Assembly (NCBI GenBank): GCA_032718475.1
Contig: JAUCBJ010006570.1
Coordinates: 43,916-107,915, forward strand
Source of the DNA: Nemertoderma westbladi
Taxonomy: Eukaryota; Animalia; Xenacoelomorpha
Length of the DNA stretch: 64,000 nt
Reading direction: 5' to 3'
The position numbers and the translations under genes are program-made. This document shows positions 60,322 to 64,000 of this stretch, one piece after another (the stretch's first letter is position 1; every line of letters starts with the position of its first letter). A model generated the notes under the pieces. The model was not told where the DNA came from. It saw only the letters and a list, made by a program, of their open reading frames with translations, and ran no database searches.

Positions 60322-63300
60322 TATGACGGGTTCCCCGAGTTGGCAAGGGAATCCCGACCAGTGTGTTCGCTTTTGGATAGACGCGTCACCGCGTCTGCTG
60401 GCTACTGAAAGGCTTGTGGTATCTGAAAGGCTGGAGGCCGAAAGAATAACTGAGTTTTAGTGGCAGTTGTTCGTAATGTCAGAATACAATAATAGCACAA
60501 TCAGAACACAATAATAGCACGGTTAATGACGACTGTCTAAACCGTCTTGCTTCCACAACTCTACACAAACCAACTGAACAACAGGTAATAAAGGAAACGG
60601 TTATATTAGTAACACATATGGAATATTGCTACTTGGAACTTGGCCTGGCCAATGGATGCATCCCAATCAGATGGTGTTCTGCCCCACCATTGGCTAATCT
60701 ATTCGTCCCTCCCTTGGGACTCCCTACCTGTTCTCTGATACCCCCGTGCTAGCTTCCTTCGTCCCCCTGAGATGGCTTGTAGACTCTCATCTCTCCTTGT
60801 TGCTGGCAATGTTTATTGCCTTCGTTGGTTGTTAGATGACATTATATTGGTAATGTCACCTAGCCAACTATAATTGTTAAAAGGCCACTTTCCCCATTTT
60901 CAGGTGGGTAATGCAGCGAATTGGATCCGCTTACACCCCCCCCCCATGCTATCTTCCCGGTGAAAAGATAGCATCAACCTTAAGTGCGCTCCAATTTCGT
61001 TGGAATCCAATTTAATATTGGATGTGGGGTGGAATTCTCTTCTCGGGGCCAACTTTCCAGGCTGGCCCCCCTGGGTCTGTTTTCACTACCCATCCTTTGT
61101 ACATCTGCGAGCTAAGCTGTACCAAGGCATCTGGTGTCTCTATTTTAGACAATCGCCCTCTCTCCTCACACAATTTATGTTGGACTCTGGTGCCCGTTTT
61201 CCTCGCTCACTAGTCCCATATGACTCATCCCCCTCTATGCTCGCTCCCCACACTTGGACCTTCCCCCACGCTTCTCTCATACTCAACCCCTTTTTGCTGT
61301 CACTCTCCACACACTCCTATCGGGCCTCACGCATGTGTGCACCATGTCAGTGAGATCCATCATTGTCCCGCCCTCCTGTTTCAGTCAATTAGTCCCCAGT
61401 CCCAGTAGCTAATTGGAAAAGGTTATATCTGACTATTCTACGTATATTATATTTATTTTAGGACTACTTGATTACATACGTACATACTAATTGCACTTAT
61501 ATTAATTGCACTTGAGAGTTATTTGTACTTATGTGCCATGCGGTGCCTTCCAGGCACATCAACACCGCCCGTAATCAGTTCTAGAGTCCTTAGAGTGCTC
61601 CCCCCATATCCTCCGGGAACCATCTCAGCTCTTTACCTCTATCATTGTCCTGCCTCGGTCGCTTCCTCCCCTCTTGTTTGCTCTTGAGGCTACTCATTCT
61701 CGCTGATACTGTCTTACCGAGCCCCGTTGTTGGATCGTTGGTTGCGGGTGTTATTAATTCAGGATATCGCTTCGCAGGTGGTCCCACTGAGTGTCCCTCC
61801 TGCTTCTCCCTGGTAGCGTCCCACAAGATCATCTTCATCCCATGCGGCACATGTTCCACCAGAAAATTCCTGAATTCCATCCTGTTTTCTGGCGACCATC
61901 TGTCCAGATATCTTTGGGTGTTAATGACCCCTCCATATGATGCCGCTGTCGCTACCTTCTGATACGTGAATGGTAGTCTCCTCTTGGTAATCTCCTGGTG
62001 GGCCTGTAGGTTGATGTTGAAAAAACCCCACCGGAACTCCTGGGCCTTCATCCTTTGCCTTGTCATGACTCCGACGTTGGCCCAATCCTCAAAGATACGG
62101 AATTTCTCCTCATCCTCCATCCAGTTGGAATGGCGCTCAAAGTGCCCCCTAAACTTGCACTTCGAACACCTGTGGTGCAACCTTGGGCACGGGCCCATCC
62201 TATGGGTAGACTTGTGTCAATATAGACATGTTGTCCCGTCGTCCCCTTCTGGTAGAGATACAAACAGTTCTTTTGCTGATGGGTTAGTCTCCCACAGTAG
62301 TCGCAACCGTCTATCACTGTGTCTCGCCCCAAGTCATCCTTGGCTCCGCGTAGCCTCCTGGGTCTATGGAGCCACTGGTAGGTGAACATTTCGACCTTGT
62401 CCTCCCTATCCATGTTGACATCCTCCTCCTCCCTTGGCATCGTTTCCCCAAACACTACTCGTCGTGCCTTCCCCGGTTGCTCGCCCAGCCGAATCGTGTT
62501 TGCTGGGAAGTCCATTGCCGGCTCCCCATGCTTCCAGGCTTGCTTGCCGGGTGCGTCCAGAAGGCTCTCGCCCCGCTGGCTGTCACCACTCTCCCGGCCA
62601 CCCAGTCCGTGTCCATCCAGCCGATTCTCTCTATCGGCGGCATCCACCCGAACTTGTCCTCTTCTACTTCCTTTGCCACGAGCAGCTCCAAACCCCGGAT
62701 CCTGGTTGATCCACCATGTCCCTTTCCGGCCTGGTACTCGCCTGTAACCCCCTCCACCCTTCCATCATCCTCAGTCTCTTCCTTCCAAAGTCGCCCTCAG
62801 ACCCCCCCCCCCCCCCCAGGCAACGGCATTCCCTGCAGTCCTGATGTAGACTGTATCGGTATCTCTTCCATCCAATCCACCTCATCCCCCAGCCAAAACT
62901 CGTTCGAGGTCTCCAATCCCCACCTCAACTCGTCCAAATCTTGGGCCTCAAAATCGTACTCCCCTCCCCTTATATCTGCCTTTCTGCCTGCTGCCTCCCT
63001 CCTCTCTCTCCTGGCGACTTCCTCTAGCCTTCTTTCCTCTTCTCTATCCACCTCGTGTTTCTTCCATTGTTTGTACGGTGTATCCACCTCTCTGTCCACC
63101 AGGTGTCGGGTATCATAATATACCGACTCGCCCTTCTGCCCCGGGTGGTCTACAAGACCTTCTAGGGCTACCTTAAAGGCTCTCCTGTGGCTCAGACCTG
63201 CTCCCATCAGTGGAAACGCTGTCGGCTCCCTGCTGATAACCACTGTGATAAATAGGTTCAGCAAACCTATCATTATCCAGTCCTCCTGTAAGATATATCT

Positions 63301-64000
63301 CTTCTGATATATCTTTATCGCTCCCTTCCGGAAGTGATATAACTCTTCCTTCCCCAGTCTCGCTCCCCATTTGAGTGAGTTCGCAAGCTCCGCCCCGTAT
63401 TCCTCTCGGAACTTGTTCCACTCCATCGGCTTGTGGCAGATGAGTCCCATCAGCTGGCCCATTGCCACGGCTCCGCATTGTCCGGTGTTTTCCACCAATC
63501 CCAATCCATCAGGTTTCGTTATAGCCATGGAGACTACCTGCATGTCCAGAAGATTCGGGGTGCCCAGTCCAATAATCCTCTCCACATCCTCTCGTATCGC
63601 CGATCCAACCTTGATTGTAGTCTTCAACCTTACTAGTTTCTGCACCGCATCGGTAGGCAGTTTAACTTCGGCCTGCTCCTCTTACTGTAGATCCCTAGGT
63701 CGAATAGAAAGGTCTATCGCTCGGGTTGTGCGGCAGGCTTCCTTTTCCCTCTGGACCTTGGGGCGGTTGTTCGCTCATTGTCCAGTTGGCGTGTCGTTAC
63801 AGGTTTCTTTAGGTTTCACTTGAAGTCGTGGTTTAGACTACTTATAGCAGGGTTTAGACTGTGACGGGATCCTCGAGTTGGCGAGGGAATCCCGACCGCT
63901 GTGTTTGCTTTTGGATAGTATGCATCGCTGCGTCCGATGGCTGCTGAAAGGCTTGTGTATCTGAAAGGCCGGAGGCCGAAAGAATAACTGAGTTTTAGTG
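60322..64000 (-). mobile_element. LTR element D (small, pol-less); 3' LTR 60322-60935, 5' LTR from 63860 to beyond the window
   Basis: 60322-60462 and 63860-64000 are diverged direct repeats (roughly 85% by eye). The LTR edge TTACA at 60935 abuts C10 (a G10 PPT on the minus strand). ORFs read on the minus strand. Confidence 0.75.
61590..63778 (-). pseudogene. Single long disrupted ORF of element D containing a triple Zn-knuckle module
   Basis: Pieces 62797-63645, 62455-62757, 62063-62647 and 61590-62198. Reading across one frameshift and one TGA gives CDYCGRLTHQQKNC, CLY*HKSTHRMGPCP and CSKCKFRGH. No PR/RT/IN motifs. Confidence 0.65.

Noticed and set aside
62366-63823. Plus-strand Ser/Pro-rich ORFs (250 aa, 150 aa)
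   Set aside because: They are antisense shadows of the purine-rich minus-strand ORF of element D.

Overview
AT-rich eukaryotic genomic DNA, most likely from an invertebrate animal (inferred from the repeat types). It is almost all repeats, with one clear host gene, an intronless COQ7 (2837-3451). The centre is a 32.6-kb nest of retroelements whose boundaries and target-site duplications (TSDs) can all be read. Element A (13705-46336, TSD CTATC) has its 5' LTR interrupted by a younger sister element B (14090-26495, TSD TATTC, apparently identical LTRs) and by a defective, oppositely oriented Bel/Pao element C (26796-35726). C itself carries a 5'-truncated RTE-type LINE. A and B are Bel/Pao derivatives that keep Gag and protease but have lost RT, RNase H and integrase through shared in-frame deletions, and they carry a decayed extra ORF in the env position. 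Most striking, A and B have no tRNA primer-binding site. Instead, the 11-12 nt immediately after the 5' LTR are perfectly complementary to a site inside their own LTR, with compensatory changes between A and B, and the motif is duplicated; this resembles Tf1-type self-priming. A fourth LTR element D (60322 to the window end) shows a weaker version of the same arrangement. D encodes only a triple zinc-knuckle protein that aligns with the extra ORF of B. The rest comprises 35-, 31-, 37- and 53-bp tandem arrays, two MITEs with 8-bp TSDs, LINE fragments, a ~970-bp palindrome and a 356-aa orphan ORF. All calls come from reading the sequence by eye; no database searches were run.
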